Part shown: positions 30,555-40,606 of the stretch, piece after piece
How the letters are laid out: each line of letters starts with the position of its first letter
Position numbering within the stretch: position 1 is the first letter of the stretch
From: Alphaproteobacteria bacterium
Lineage (GTDB): Bacteria; Pseudomonadota; Alphaproteobacteria; RF32; CAG-239
Reading direction: 5' to 3'
Assembly (NCBI GenBank): GCA_015062585.1
Contig: SUUJ01000008.1
Location: 2,837 to 66,836 of the forward strand
DNA length: 64,000 bases
The notes under the pieces: generated by a model
Database searches by the model: none
Seen by the model: the letters and a program-made list of their open reading frames with translations, nothing else
What the model was told of the DNA's origin: nothing
Program-made: the position numbers and the translations under genes

Positions 30555-31367
30555 CTAGAACAAAATTTTTAGTCTTGCTTCGGCGCTATATCTGGAATCA
30601 AGTTTTGGTTCCTCATCTCCTGCCATACGATAATCAATCAGACCGCCTACCGATACATTGTCGCTGACATAATAATCAGCATTAACCTCAGCACTTAATG
30701 TTCTGTTTCTGTCAGCAGAGGTTTCAAACTCATATCTTAAACCGCCGCCATAAGCAAAGTTGTTTTCCAATTTGTGAACACCGGCAAAAGCATTATAATA
30801 AAAATCTCTATCAGCATCGTCCAAATTGGCATCAACACCCAAACTTGCGTAAGGAAGCAAGCCATCCTCCATTTCATAAGCTGCTTTTACTTCGGCTCTG
30901 GCTTCTTTATACCAACGAGTATTACCTTTATCTTCTCTGATTTTTTCTTTTGCTTGTGCGCTGCGGCCATACCAACTGCGAGGATTATAAGTATAATAAG
31001 AAGCACCTGTTTGTAAGATAAAACCATCATTTGTGCGCCAATTTTTTACCAAGCCCAGTTCATAATCAAAGTTGTGTCCATTATTGTAATCTTCATTGGT
31101 AACACCTTCCAAATTAAAGCGATTACCGATAGAAGCCATAACGGCTGTTTCTTGACCGAAACCGACCAACGCGGTTTCTCTCAAGATAAAGTCTTCTTTA
31201 GCACCGGCACCATCAAGATTTGTTCTTTCATAGGCTACGGATGTCGTTGATAATGTTTCCAAGTCGCTGGGTACATACAAAGGTGAAGCAAAATCTTCAT
31301 TAGCTTGCGCATTAGAGACAAAAAGACTGCCACAAGCAAAAACAGCTAAAATTTTATGTAGTTTCAT
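30555..31367 (-). CDS. putative outer-membrane beta-barrel protein
   Basis: Signal peptide (AQA), alternating beta-strand pattern, C-terminal Phe. Confidence 0.65.
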   Translation of the reverse strand: MKLHKILAVFACGSLFVSNAQANEDFASPLYVPSDLETLSTTSVAYERTNLDGAGAKEDFILRETALVGFGQETAVMASIGNRFNLEGVTNEDYNNGHNFDYELGLVKNWRTNDGFILQTGASYYTYNPRSWYGRSAQAKEKIREDKGNTRWYKEARAEVKAAYEMEDGLLPYASLGVDANLDDADRDFYYNAFAGVHKLENNFAYGGGLRYEFETSADRNRTLSAEVNADYYVSDNVSVGGLIDYRMAGDEEPKLDSRYSAEARLKILF

Positions 31368-31515
31368 GGTGTATACTCCCTATATATAACTTATTTACTC
31401 TCATTATATATCCGAAAGATTAACAAAATTATAATTAGACCGGATTTTTTGACTTGCGCGAGCAGTCATTTATGCTTATATTACTCAAAAAAAGCAAAAC
31501 AAAAAAATAAATGAT

Positions 31516-32559
31516 ATGGTAAAAGTGGTAACTTTAGGGTGTCGAATAAACACCTATGAATCAGAAGTAATAAAAGAAAAACTGGCACATTTGGACAATG
31601 TGGTGGTTGTAAATACTTGTGCCGTCACAGGCGAGGCTGAGCGCCAATGTCGTCAAACCGTCCGTAAATTGCGTAAAGAAAATCCTGAAGCCAAAATAAT
31701 TGTGACCGGTTGCGCCGCGCAAATAAATCCTGCAAAATTTGCCGAAATGCCCGAGGTTGATTTGGTTTTAGGAAATAGAGAAAAAACAGAAATTGAAAAG
31801 ATTTTAGCTCAGGATTTGCGTGAAAAAACTATTTGCGGAGATATTTTTACTTATGACGGTCATGATGATTTTGTAATTACCGGATTCGAGGGCAGACAAA
31901 AAGCTTTTGTTCAGATACAACAAGGTTGCAATCATCGTTGTACCTATTGTATTATTCCCTATGCCCGTGGCAATAATCGCTCGGTTCCCGAAGCAGAAGT
32001 ATTAAATCAAATAAGAGAATTACTGGCGCAAGGTTTTAAGCAAATATGCTTAACCGGTGTTGATGCTTGTTCTTATACTCCGTCATTTAGCGGTTTGGTC
32101 AAAAAGATATTGCAAACATTTCCCAAACTTCCTTCGCTTCAATTCGGTTCACTTGATCCGGCTGCGATTGATGATGAATTTATCGGCTTGGTCAGAGATT
32201 ACAAAAACATCGATTCTCATTTTCATTTTTCGATTCAATCGGGCGATAATATGGTGTTAAAGCGTATGAAACGCCGTCATAGTAGAGAAGATGTTATCAA
32301 TTTGTGTAACAAGATAAGACAAGTTCGTCCCGAGGCTACTTTTGGTTCTGACTTTATATGCGGCTTCCCGACCGAAACCGAAGAACAATTTTTAAACACC
32401 GTAAAGTTAGTAAAAGAAGCAGGTATCACAAAGCTTCATGTTTTTCCATATTCCGAGCGTGCGGGAACACCGGCAGCCTTAATGCCCCAAGTTCCTGTTG
32501 AAGAAAGACGAAGAAGAGCAAATATTTTGCGCCAAGAAGGAGAAGAAATAAATGGCTAA
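31516..32559 (+). CDS. mtaB: tRNA methylthiotransferase MtaB-like (MiaB family), no TRAM domain
   Basis: TLGCRIN, NTCAVT, TGCAAQ, GCNHRCTYC and GFPTET motifs; upstream of ftsY as in other alphaproteobacteria. Confidence 0.85.
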   Translation: MVKVVTLGCRINTYESEVIKEKLAHLDNVVVVNTCAVTGEAERQCRQTVRKLRKENPEAKIIVTGCAAQINPAKFAEMPEVDLVLGNREKTEIEKILAQDLREKTICGDIFTYDGHDDFVITGFEGRQKAFVQIQQGCNHRCTYCIIPYARGNNRSVPEAEVLNQIRELLAQGFKQICLTGVDACSYTPSFSGLVKKILQTFPKLPSLQFGSLDPAAIDDEFIGLVRDYKNIDSHFHFSIQSGDNMVLKRMKRRHSREDVINLCNKIRQVRPEATFGSDFICGFPTETEEQFLNTVKLVKEAGITKLHVFPYSERAGTPAALMPQVPVEERRRRANILRQEGEEING

Positions 32560-33457
32560 TTGGTTTGAAAAAATAAAATCAGGCTTAAAAAAATCATCAG
32601 ATAAAATTTCTACCGGCTTAACTGATATTTTTACCAAACGCAAAATAGATTCCGATACTTTGGATGAATTGGAAGAACTGTTATTGACTTCGGATATCGG
32701 CTATGCGGCAACATCTGAGATTATCAAAAACTTTGCCGCCAAAAAAATGAATAAAGACGCTGACGATATAGAGATAAAACAAGCATTATCCGAAGAAATT
32801 GAGCATATATTACAACCTTGTGAAAGAAATTTTGCTGTTACCTCAGCTAAACCCCATGTAATTTTGATGGTTGGTGTAAACGGAGCCGGCAAAACCACTA
32901 CCATTGGCAAACTTGCTCATAAATTAAAAGGTAAAAAAATATCTCTTATTGCCGGCGATACATTTCGTGCCGCAGCAGTCGAACAACTAAAAGTTTGGGG
33001 TGAGCGCAATCAAGTCAGAGTATATAGCGGAGAACCCGGTTGCGACTCTGCTGGGCTGTGTTATGACGGATTGGCAGAGGCAATCAAGCAGGGTGATGAC
33101 ATCGTATTCATTGATACAGCCGGTCGTTTGCAAAACAAGGCTAATTTGACCGAAGAATTAAAAAAAATCGTGCGTGTTATCAAAAAAATAATACCCGCAG
33201 CTCCTCATCACACTTTGCTATGTATTGATGCTATCACCGGCCAAAATGCCCTCGATCAAGTTAAAATTTTCAAAGAGATTGCTTCGGTTAACGGTCTGAT
33301 TGTAAATAAACTTGATGGCACTGCCAAAGGCGGAATACTAGTGGCTATCGCCAAAGAATCGCCGGTTGATATATATTTTGTCGGTGTCGGCGAACAAATT
33401 GACGATTTGCTGGAGTTTAATGCCAAAGATTTTGCCAAGTCACTATTGGGAATATAA
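32552..33457 (+). CDS. ftsY: signal recognition particle receptor FtsY
   Basis: GVNGAGKTTTIGK, DTFRAAA, DTAGRLQ and KLDGTAKGG motifs. Confidence 0.97.
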   Translation: MANWFEKIKSGLKKSSDKISTGLTDIFTKRKIDSDTLDELEELLLTSDIGYAATSEIIKNFAAKKMNKDADDIEIKQALSEEIEHILQPCERNFAVTSAKPHVILMVGVNGAGKTTTIGKLAHKLKGKKISLIAGDTFRAAAVEQLKVWGERNQVRVYSGEPGCDSAGLCYDGLAEAIKQGDDIVFIDTAGRLQNKANLTEELKKIVRVIKKIIPAAPHHTLLCIDAITGQNALDQVKIFKEIASVNGLIVNKLDGTAKGGILVAIAKESPVDIYFVGVGEQIDDLLEFNAKDFAKSLLGI

Positions 33458-33521
33458 ATTTTGCTTGCGATAAAAACAACAAGACCTGTTCCAGCTATTA
33501 GCTAAAACAGGTCTCATTTAT

Positions 33522-33971
33522 TTACATATTAAGAAGCATTTCTGCCTCGTTAATTTGTTCCATATACTTGATATGGGTTTTGCTACTGTTCATGATCAGA
33601 GGTGTTTTGGATATATTCATCCAATCAATTAAAGTTTTTGTCTTCTTCTGATTTGGATGTATTCTTAGTTCGTCCAAAGCAACATCTATCAACCATGATT
33701 TAAGTTGAATGGGGCCGATATAACTCGGTATCAACTCCTTCTTTTCTTTTTTGGGCAACTCCTCTAAAAGCTTTTCAGCTTTAATAGCTTCATCATACAG
33801 ATGTTGTCTTTTTAGAGAAACAACAAAGTCCTCAAGACATATTGCTAATTGCACACATTCTTTAGAGATGTTTTGTTGTTTTTTGATTCTTTGATGAACT
33901 GCCAAATTCATTACCCACAGCCTAAAGCTGATAATTTGCAACGGTGTGCTGCCGGAATAATTTTTCTTCAT
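33522..33971 (-). CDS. hypothetical protein (ORFan, internal repeat)
   Basis: Two K/R-x-W-L/V helical repeats; similar to 34038..34508. Confidence 0.6.
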   Translation of the reverse strand: MKKNYSGSTPLQIISFRLWVMNLAVHQRIKKQQNISKECVQLAICLEDFVVSLKRQHLYDEAIKAEKLLEELPKKEKKELIPSYIGPIQLKSWLIDVALDELRIHPNQKKTKTLIDWMNISKTPLIMNSSKTHIKYMEQINEAEMLLNM

Positions 33972-34037
33972 TTTTTTTGTTTTTAAATTGTTGATGAAAA
34001 GAAGTACCTATTTTAAGGTCTTCCAAATTTTTTCGAT

Positions 34038-34508
34038 TTAACCTGCAAACCTAGTAAGTTGAGAAACGATACTCGTATACTTACCTAAAAATTCAAGGTT
34101 TCTTGTTTTGATAAGGTCTTTTGACATCTCTAACCAAAACATCAACCTTTTGGCCTTTTCCTTAGCAGCAGAAATGTTTGCGCATTCCTTAAATTCGCAA
34201 ATAGCCAATTCCGCCAGCCACAGTTTTATTTCTGTAAGATCAACAGGGATTCCTGATTGAAATCTCTTTGATGGTGTTAATTGAGATTTCAAATACTCTG
34301 CATATTTGATATCATCATCAGAAGAGCCTGTTCCATACATACTTGCATGATGATTATTTATCATCTGCCATAATCGGTCAATTTTCTTTTGACTTTCGTT
34401 GGTTTTTAGGTCGTTTATTCCTAATTGTGACAGCCACAGTTTCATGGCGTCCATTCCGGGTTTTTCAAAATAGTTACCCTCATAGCTTTTTTCTTTTGCC
34501 ATAGCCAT
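34038..34508 (-). CDS. hypothetical protein (ORFan, internal repeat)
   Basis: MKLWLSQLGI / IKLWLAELAI repeat; has its own consensus promoter. Confidence 0.65.
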   Translation of the reverse strand: MAMAKEKSYEGNYFEKPGMDAMKLWLSQLGINDLKTNESQKKIDRLWQMINNHHASMYGTGSSDDDIKYAEYLKSQLTPSKRFQSGIPVDLTEIKLWLAELAICEFKECANISAAKEKAKRLMFWLEMSKDLIKTRNLEFLGKYTSIVSQLTRFAG

Positions 34509-34550
34509 TTAATTTATTAAATTAGACATCGTAATTTTTTTTATGAAGCG

Positions 34551-34622
34551 ATTATACTATTTTTGGAAAATTTTGTCAACATCGTAAAAATAAAAAAAAG
34601 AGTGCCATTTTTAGTGACACTC
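34551..34622 (-). promoter_or_regulatory. terminator plus consensus sigma70 promoter unit (copy 1)
   Basis: TTGACA-N17-TATAAT, with hairpin gagtgtcactaa...tggcactc and a T-run upstream. Confidence 0.8.
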
Positions 34623-34641
34623 TAAAAAAAAATATTTTTTT

Positions 34642-35040
34642 TTACAATTCGACACCATAAAGTGTCAGAGTCGACATTTGCGAGTCAGTAGCTTCCTTTT
34701 TAAAACAAAGCTTTTCTCTTTTTGACAGGATGATATTCTCACCTCTGCTTTTAAGCACATTAGCTTTCCACAGGATGAACTCACATGCTGACATGAGTCT
34801 TTTTGCGTTCCTTGTGTGTCCCCTTTTCGTCTCTAGGTTATGGATCATTTTATTCAAGTCTCCGATTTGATCTTGAACATCGGTCTCGGATCCTATTAAA
34901 ATGTCTCTTTTCTCTTCTAGATCGTGTATCACTGATGATAGTTGATTAGGGTCTTGAGGGCTTGCCGCTTCAAAGAAAGCTTTAGCTTCTTTCATGATCG
35001 ATGCAACTTTGTCGTTGCCGGTTCTTTTTGTTGTTGCCAT
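34642..35040 (-). CDS. hypothetical coiled-coil protein (ORFan)
   Basis: ORF, likely start MATTK at 35040. Confidence 0.6.
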   Translation of the reverse strand: MATTKRTGNDKVASIMKEAKAFFEAASPQDPNQLSSVIHDLEEKRDILIGSETDVQDQIGDLNKMIHNLETKRGHTRNAKRLMSACEFILWKANVLKSRGENIILSKREKLCFKKEATDSQMSTLTLYGVEL

Positions 35041-35185
35041 AAGTTTGATTGATTTTAAGTTAAACAATGTGTTTTTTTCAACCACTTTGTCTTCAAAGAG
35101 CTATTGTTTAAATTTCAGGAATCAATAATAAAATTATGACATCCGCTTAACAATAATTCTCATATATATAGTAGTTGATAAACAG

Positions 35186-35280
35186 AATATACCATTTTTG
35201 GAAAATTTTGTCAACATACAAAATGCAATAAAAAATCATTTATTTTTAAACAAAAAAAGAGTGCCACATTAGTGACACTC
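35186..35280 (-). promoter_or_regulatory. terminator plus sigma70 promoter unit (copy 2)
   Basis: TTGACA-N17-TATATT with a nearly identical spacer to copy 1, and the same terminator hairpin. Confidence 0.75.
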
Positions 35281-35301
35281 ATCAAGTTTGTTTTTTAAGG
35301 C

Positions 35302-35661
35302 TCAAAAGCTTGCTAAGATTTTCTCGAACTTTGTTCGTTGTGAGAAATCAGCGAGGCTGAAGAAAAGTTCTTTAATCTCGATCATTTCTTTCTTTAATCT
35401 TGCCGATGGGCAAGCTTTTGCAAGAATTTCAAACCGCCACAGGGTAAACCCTATGTCATTCATTTTAACCCTTGCTTCGTGAGGAAGTATTGCCTGAGGA
35501 AGTGTGCTCAGGCTAATTTCTGCACTTTCTTTAGCGTTGCCTTTAAGCTTTAGTGATTTTACATACTCTCTCAGAGAGTTTATCTTTGCCATATCGACAA
35601 CTTCTTTGTTGATGGCATCTACTAAGGTCTTCACCTCAGTACTTCTAGAAACTTTCGTCAT
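35302..35661 (-). CDS. hypothetical protein (ORFan)
   Basis: 119-aa ORF with a TTGACA promoter upstream and a terminator downstream. Confidence 0.6.
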   Translation of the reverse strand: MTKVSRSTEVKTLVDAINKEVVDMAKINSLREYVKSLKLKGNAKESAEISLSTLPQAILPHEARVKMNDIGFTLWRFEILAKACPSARLKKEMIEIKELFFSLADFSQRTKFEKILASF

Positions 35662-35865
35662 AATTTGTTAGTATTAAAAGATTATGTATAATGTTTAATG
35701 CAGAAAATGTATCATTTTTTTTACCTCCTGTCAACATATTTGACAAAAAATTTCCAAAATCAATCAATCGCCATTTTTTTGTTTGCTTGAGGTAGAAAAA
35801 TGTGGTATAATGAGTTATTGCTAAAAATTATAAATAGATTTATTAACAAATTAAAACAACAGAGT

Positions 35866-36306
35866 ATGAGACTATTTTTATTCGGACTACTGCCTGTAGT
35901 CGTTGGTGCTATGATATCTATTGTAGCCGTAAATTATGAATCGCAATTCGCCAATGTTGAGCCTGTGGGCGCAATTTCGGGGGAAGAACCGGTTTATGTT
36001 AAATATCTGGATGCCAGCGATGCTGTACGTGTGAAAGACGAGAGGCTGTTATATGGATATTCCAAGTATGATGACAACTTGTTCATCATTCTGGATGACC
36101 ACTCTCGCTCTCAAGTGGAGTATGATACTCCCTGTTATGTAAAAATAACAGAAGAGACCACCGACCATAACGGCGAGAAATACGCCGTTTGGCGACTTTC
36201 ATCATCAAAAGAAGCTAATTTCTTGAAGATATGGAAGCTGTGTGGCTGGGTATTAGTTTGCTTTGGAGCAATATCCATAGCACTTATAAGTACATCCAAA
36301 TATTAG
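35866..36306 (+). CDS. hypothetical membrane protein (TM at both ends)
   Basis: Promoter TTGCTT-N17-TATAAT overlaps the track's start, so ATG 35866 is preferred; terminator follows. Confidence 0.65.
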   Translation: MRLFLFGLLPVVVGAMISIVAVNYESQFANVEPVGAISGEEPVYVKYLDASDAVRVKDERLLYGYSKYDDNLFIILDDHSRSQVEYDTPCYVKITEETTDHNGEKYAVWRLSSSKEANFLKIWKLCGWVLVCFGAISIALISTSKY

Positions 36307-36423
36307 CATTAAGGAGGTCTTGGCGCAAAGCCGGACCTCTTCTTTATTTTTAAATATTCTTCTTGATTAGACAAAAAAATATGCTATAATTTCGGTATAA
36401 AACACTATAAATCTGAATATATT

Positions 36424-36903
36424 ATGCGAATGAAAATTTTTTTGGCAATTACTGTCATAGTGACGGCTGTTGCGTTTGTTTGTGCTTTTGAGCACAAGCC
36501 ATTATTAGAAGTGACGGTAACCGATGTAAAACACGAAGTGTTTCATTCGATTGTTACCACAATGCTGGACAGTGAAACTCTTTCAGAATCAGTCTTTAGA
36601 ACAGATTCTGTTTTGGTTCGCGAGGAAATGCGTTGCAAATACAAATCATTGCAACAAGTTGACGAAAATGAGTTTCAACTCGAAATCATTGTTACTAAAA
36701 ACAAGAAACTCCAAGTTGGAGAAACCTACTATCTTTATGTCGAAAACGATGTTAAAGACAATACTCAGGTTTACCGCTTGAGTGAGAAGCCGGACTTTGC
36801 CTATGGAGCAGGTCAAATTATATCATGGCTTTTCATGATGATATCTGTGTTTTTGGTAGTTTTGATTATTCTGGCAAAAAAAGGTATCGTTGCCTTGGGT
36901 TAA
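36424..36903 (+). CDS. hypothetical membrane protein (TM at both ends)
   Basis: Same architecture as the previous ORF, including a V(W/Y)RLS motif before the C-terminal TM. Confidence 0.65.
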   Translation: MRMKIFLAITVIVTAVAFVCAFEHKPLLEVTVTDVKHEVFHSIVTTMLDSETLSESVFRTDSVLVREEMRCKYKSLQQVDENEFQLEIIVTKNKKLQVGETYYLYVENDVKDNTQVYRLSEKPDFAYGAGQIISWLFMMISVFLVVLIILAKKGIVALG

Positions 36904-36918
36904 TCCCCAAGGCTTTTT

Positions 36919-37515
36919 TTATGCTTTCCAATCTATCAAAGGATAATTTTGCCAATTTACTAAGTTATAGTGCCACCATTCGTGGTCAATTGGCTCAAAT
37001 CCGACGCTTTTCATCAGGCACTTCAATACTTGCCGGTTCTCAATTTCTTTTGCATCGGCTTCCATATAATCATGACGAGCTCTAAGCAAGTGTTGGGCAA
37101 ATTTTTCAAATTCGCCTCGACAAATCTGCTCTTGAAAACATTGCTCATAAGCATCGATTTGTGTAGGATAACACAGGTTATTGCCATTTTTATAACATAA
37201 ACAAACATCAATAGCCGTACCGTGGCAATGATTCGACTTTTCCGGCGTTTGGGCAAAAAGTCCGGTCGGCACAACCTCGAGCAATTTTTGATGAGCAAGC
37301 GGCGGACGATAGGCATCGCAAATACGCATTTTTAGGTTGTTTTTTTCTAAAAATGGCACAATTTTTAACAAAGCACTCCACAAATCTTTGTGAACATACG
37401 CCTTATTGCCGAAACCTATTTCATTATATACATCGCGCCCGATAATGTTGTCAGATCTTGCATACATCATATCGACAATAAAATACGGATTATCTATTAA
37501 AATCAAATTTTTCAT
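36919..37515 (-). CDS. D-Ala-D-Ala dipeptidase (M15D, VanX/DdpX family)
   Basis: DAYRP, SNHCHGTAIDV (SxHxxGxAxD) and EWWHY; start MKNLI at 37515. Confidence 0.9.
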   Translation of the reverse strand: MKNLILIDNPYFIVDMMYARSDNIIGRDVYNEIGFGNKAYVHKDLWSALLKIVPFLEKNNLKMRICDAYRPPLAHQKLLEVVPTGLFAQTPEKSNHCHGTAIDVCLCYKNGNNLCYPTQIDAYEQCFQEQICRGEFEKFAQHLLRARHDYMEADAKEIENRQVLKCLMKSVGFEPIDHEWWHYNLVNWQNYPLIDWKA

Positions 37516-37645
37516 AAAATCACTCGTTTTTTTATTTCTTGTAAAACAAACTAGCAAAATAAACACAAAAGTAAAACATTTAATTTGACTATTTCCATTC
37601 AAAAAACTAATCTCAAACATATATAAATAAGCAGGAGCCGATAAA

Positions 37646-39034
37646 ATGTTGATATTTTTAATTGCTTGCGTTTCGTTGTTATTAGGATACTTCTTATATA
37701 GCAAACTGGTTGAAAAGGTTTTTGGAGCCAATTCGCAAAATATCACGCCGGCAGTTGCCAAATGTGACAATGTCGACTTTATGGTTTTACCCAATTGGCG
37801 AGTGTTTTTAATTCAATTTTTAAATATTGCCGGACTTGGTCCTGTGTTTGGAGCTATTTTAGGTGCTTTGTACGGACCTGTTGCCCTGTTTTGGATTGTT
37901 ATCGGTTCAATTTTTGCCGGCGGTGTTCATGATTATATGTCCGGTATGATTTCTGTTCGAGAAGACGGCAAATCGCTTGTGCCTTTGGTCGAAAAATATA
38001 TGGGCTCCAAAACAAAAAATCTGTTTTTGGTATTTATGGTGTTTTTCTTGTTGTTATTGGGTTCGGTATTTGCCATGTCGCCGGCGCAAATGTTAGCAAA
38101 TTTGTCCTCAACTGATTTCATATGGTGGATTGTCGCCATATTTGCTTACTACTTTTTAGCCACATTATTGCCCATTGACAAGATAATCGGTCGTTTTTAT
38201 CCGCTTTTTGCCGGTTTGCTCATATTTGTTACGATTGCTTTGCTGATTGTCTTATTTATAACCGGTGCTGATTTTTATTCAGCTTCAATGTTTTCAAATC
38301 AACACCCCAAGTCCTTACCGATATTTCCGCTGATGTTTGTAACTATTGCTTGCGGTGCTTTGAGCGGTTTTCACGCTACACAATCGCCTTTGATGTCACG
38401 CTGTTTGCAAAATGAGAAAAACGGGCGCCATATTTTTTATGGGGCTATGATAACCGAAGGCTTTGTTGCTTTGGTGTGGGCAACTTTAGGTATGGCATTT
38501 TATGGCGATAGTGCCTCTATGCATCAGGTGATTACTCAAGACGGCCCCGGAGGCATTGTCTCCGATGTAGCAAAAGGTTATCTCGGTGAAATAGGGGGAA
38601 TTTTGGCAGTAATTTCGGTGGTATTGCTTTCGATTACCTCCGGTGACACAGCCTTTCGTTCAGCTCGCTTGACCATCGGTGACTATTTGTTAAAAAACAA
38701 CCACTCACTTACCAAGCGCCTTATTATCAGTGTGTTGGTATTATCCGGCGGTATAGCCATGAGCTTTTTTGATTTGACTACCATTTGGACTTATTTCGGT
38801 TGGGCTAATCAATGCCTTGCCTCCATAACATTGTGGATGGCGTCATTTTATTTGTATCAAAAAGGCAAAAACTATTTAATCACACTTATACCTGCCGGTT
38901 TTATAACTTCGGTTTGCATTACCTATATCATGTATGACAAAATAGGTTTTCGTCTTCCGCTTAACTGGTCTGTCATAACCGGCGCGGTTGTTTCGGCGTT
39001 GTTGGTTATAATTTTTTGGTATAAAAAAAGATAA
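37646..39034 (+). CDS. cstA: carbon starvation CstA family peptide/pyruvate transporter
   Basis: IQFLNIAGLGPVFG, GGVHDY, TIACGALSGFHATQSP, TSGDTAFRSAR and YFGWANQ motifs. Confidence 0.9.
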   Translation: MLIFLIACVSLLLGYFLYSKLVEKVFGANSQNITPAVAKCDNVDFMVLPNWRVFLIQFLNIAGLGPVFGAILGALYGPVALFWIVIGSIFAGGVHDYMSGMISVREDGKSLVPLVEKYMGSKTKNLFLVFMVFFLLLLGSVFAMSPAQMLANLSSTDFIWWIVAIFAYYFLATLLPIDKIIGRFYPLFAGLLIFVTIALLIVLFITGADFYSASMFSNQHPKSLPIFPLMFVTIACGALSGFHATQSPLMSRCLQNEKNGRHIFYGAMITEGFVALVWATLGMAFYGDSASMHQVITQDGPGGIVSDVAKGYLGEIGGILAVISVVLLSITSGDTAFRSARLTIGDYLLKNNHSLTKRLIISVLVLSGGIAMSFFDLTTIWTYFGWANQCLASITLWMASFYLYQKGKNYLITLIPAGFITSVCITYIMYDKIGFRLPLNWSVITGAVVSALLVIIFWYKKR

Positions 39035-39277
39035 GCACTTAGTTCTTTGATTTAGTATAATATGTTTCTTTATAATCCGTGTTGACAAAATATACAAAAA
39101 TGATATATTAAAGCCATTCAAATTGTATAGATATGCCTAGTTATTTTGTTATAGAGTTTTGATAATCATGTTTTTTGATTGTTGATTTTCTGTATTTTAT
39201 GGCATACGAAAAATAAAAATATGAGCTATATAAAGATAGCCTCAAAAATAAAAAACAACTCAAAAAACAACAGATTT

Positions 39278-40498
39278 ATGGAAAAACTAAATTTCATCAA
39301 AAAAATTTGGAGAGCCCTTGAGGGGGTAGAGTGCTGGTTTCGTTACTGTGTGCTCGGTAAGAAAAGATTCATCGATTGTGAAGTATGCTTTGAAAATGAG
39401 CCCAAAATTATTCAATGGCTCAACCGCAAGTTCAGAAGCGATGCACACGCCGGAAAACTGCCGGAAGAACAAATCCTACGGATGCTGAAAAAGCATCCTG
39501 CAGATATCAATAATCTGCCTGTGCAAAGTGTTTATTTGCGTGAGTATCCTCAGCTCATGGGTTATTTGGGGCTGAGAGACTTGATCGTTCACGCAGAAAT
39601 TTCAAATTTCAAAGAGACACTGTATAGAGCTATTGAGAATCAAAGCGGAGAGTTCCTCAATCTAATGCTGAGTTCTGAGAAATATGGCATTGAAAAAAAG
39701 CCATACGGCAAAATAGCTGCTAAGTCATTAAGCTATCTATCTAATGAACAGCTAAAAAATGTCAATACTCTATTAAACAGGAATATTAAGTTCCCATGGA
39801 TTAAAGGTGTTCCGCATTTTTGCGATGAAGCAGCCTCATTCATCATTAGCAAGATGAATGGAGAACTTTGCTTCCTCGCAGTAGTCAGCCGACTGGACAT
39901 AGCCGCAAATCTTTGTATGAACAATACAGAGATTTTGGAAAAAGTTCAAGATCTTCTGATAAAACATTTCAGTGGGTGGTGCTTCTTCGAAAGATTCAAC
40001 CGAAATGTTGTAGATCTTCTCAATTTGTTAGAAAAAAACAACAAATGTGAAGGGATCATTAGAGCGCTGATATTTGCCAAGGCATTGGATATCTCTCATT
40101 TAAGGCAGCTGTTGATTAACACCCCAAATGATTCGCACGAGGTTATGGTGCGTTTTGTAAAAGGTGTTTTATCCGGAGACTACAAAGACTATCTGGATGT
40201 AAAATCCGGTGGAAATATTACAAAGGGAAAACTTTGTAAAGAAGCAGTTAAACTACTGAATGCCGATCAAGCTATCCAGTATGTTGCTAAAGGGGGGCAT
40301 CTGCAAGACAGCGAAATAATTGCTCTGATAGAGCGAGGATTTCCGATTGCTAGGATCGAAGCGATATTAGGCGAGAACAGAGAAATATCGCAGAATCTGA
40401 GAGAAATTATCATTCGCAAAAAGTTGCTGACGAACTCTCTTAAGGCTGTAGATGGGTTGCAACCGGAGATGTTTGAGTTAATCCAATCTCTGAGCTAA
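39278..40498 (+). CDS. large hypothetical helical protein (ORFan)
   Basis: Long ORF, likely start MEKLNF at 39278; own TTGACA promoter at ~39082 and a terminator. Confidence 0.7.
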   Translation: MEKLNFIKKIWRALEGVECWFRYCVLGKKRFIDCEVCFENEPKIIQWLNRKFRSDAHAGKLPEEQILRMLKKHPADINNLPVQSVYLREYPQLMGYLGLRDLIVHAEISNFKETLYRAIENQSGEFLNLMLSSEKYGIEKKPYGKIAAKSLSYLSNEQLKNVNTLLNRNIKFPWIKGVPHFCDEAASFIISKMNGELCFLAVVSRLDIAANLCMNNTEILEKVQDLLIKHFSGWCFFERFNRNVVDLLNLLEKNNKCEGIIRALIFAKALDISHLRQLLINTPNDSHEVMVRFVKGVLSGDYKDYLDVKSGGNITKGKLCKEAVKLLNADQAIQYVAKGGHLQDSEIIALIERGFPIARIEAILGENREISQNLREIIIRKKLLTNSLKAVDGLQPEMFELIQSLS

Positions 40499-40514
40499 AA
40501 AAACAAAACTTCAA

Positions 40515-40545
40515 TAAAAAAGGTCGCGCAAGCGACCTTTTTTAT
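40515..40545. terminator. intrinsic terminator
   Basis: aaaaaaggtcgc-gcaa-gcgacctttttt. Confidence 0.8.
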
Positions 40546-40606
40546 TGCTTTTTTACAAACGGATACTAATATAAATATAAAATAACTCATTTTTAGGAAG
40601 CAAGAT

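Noticed and set aside
36405-36432. dif site (ttcgcataa XerC-like arm on the minus strand)
   Set aside because: No XerD arm (ttatgttaaat) at the correct spacing, and it overlaps a start codon.
33522-36903. Prophage remnant
   Set aside because: No recognisable integrase, structural, replication or lysis genes; genes are mostly individually promoted.
36919-37794. Vancomycin-resistance vanX and the 291-aa extended ORF
   Set aside because: No vanA/vanH/vanRS nearby, so a housekeeping DdpX-type role is more likely. The N-terminal extension overlaps cstA on the opposite strand and is spurious.
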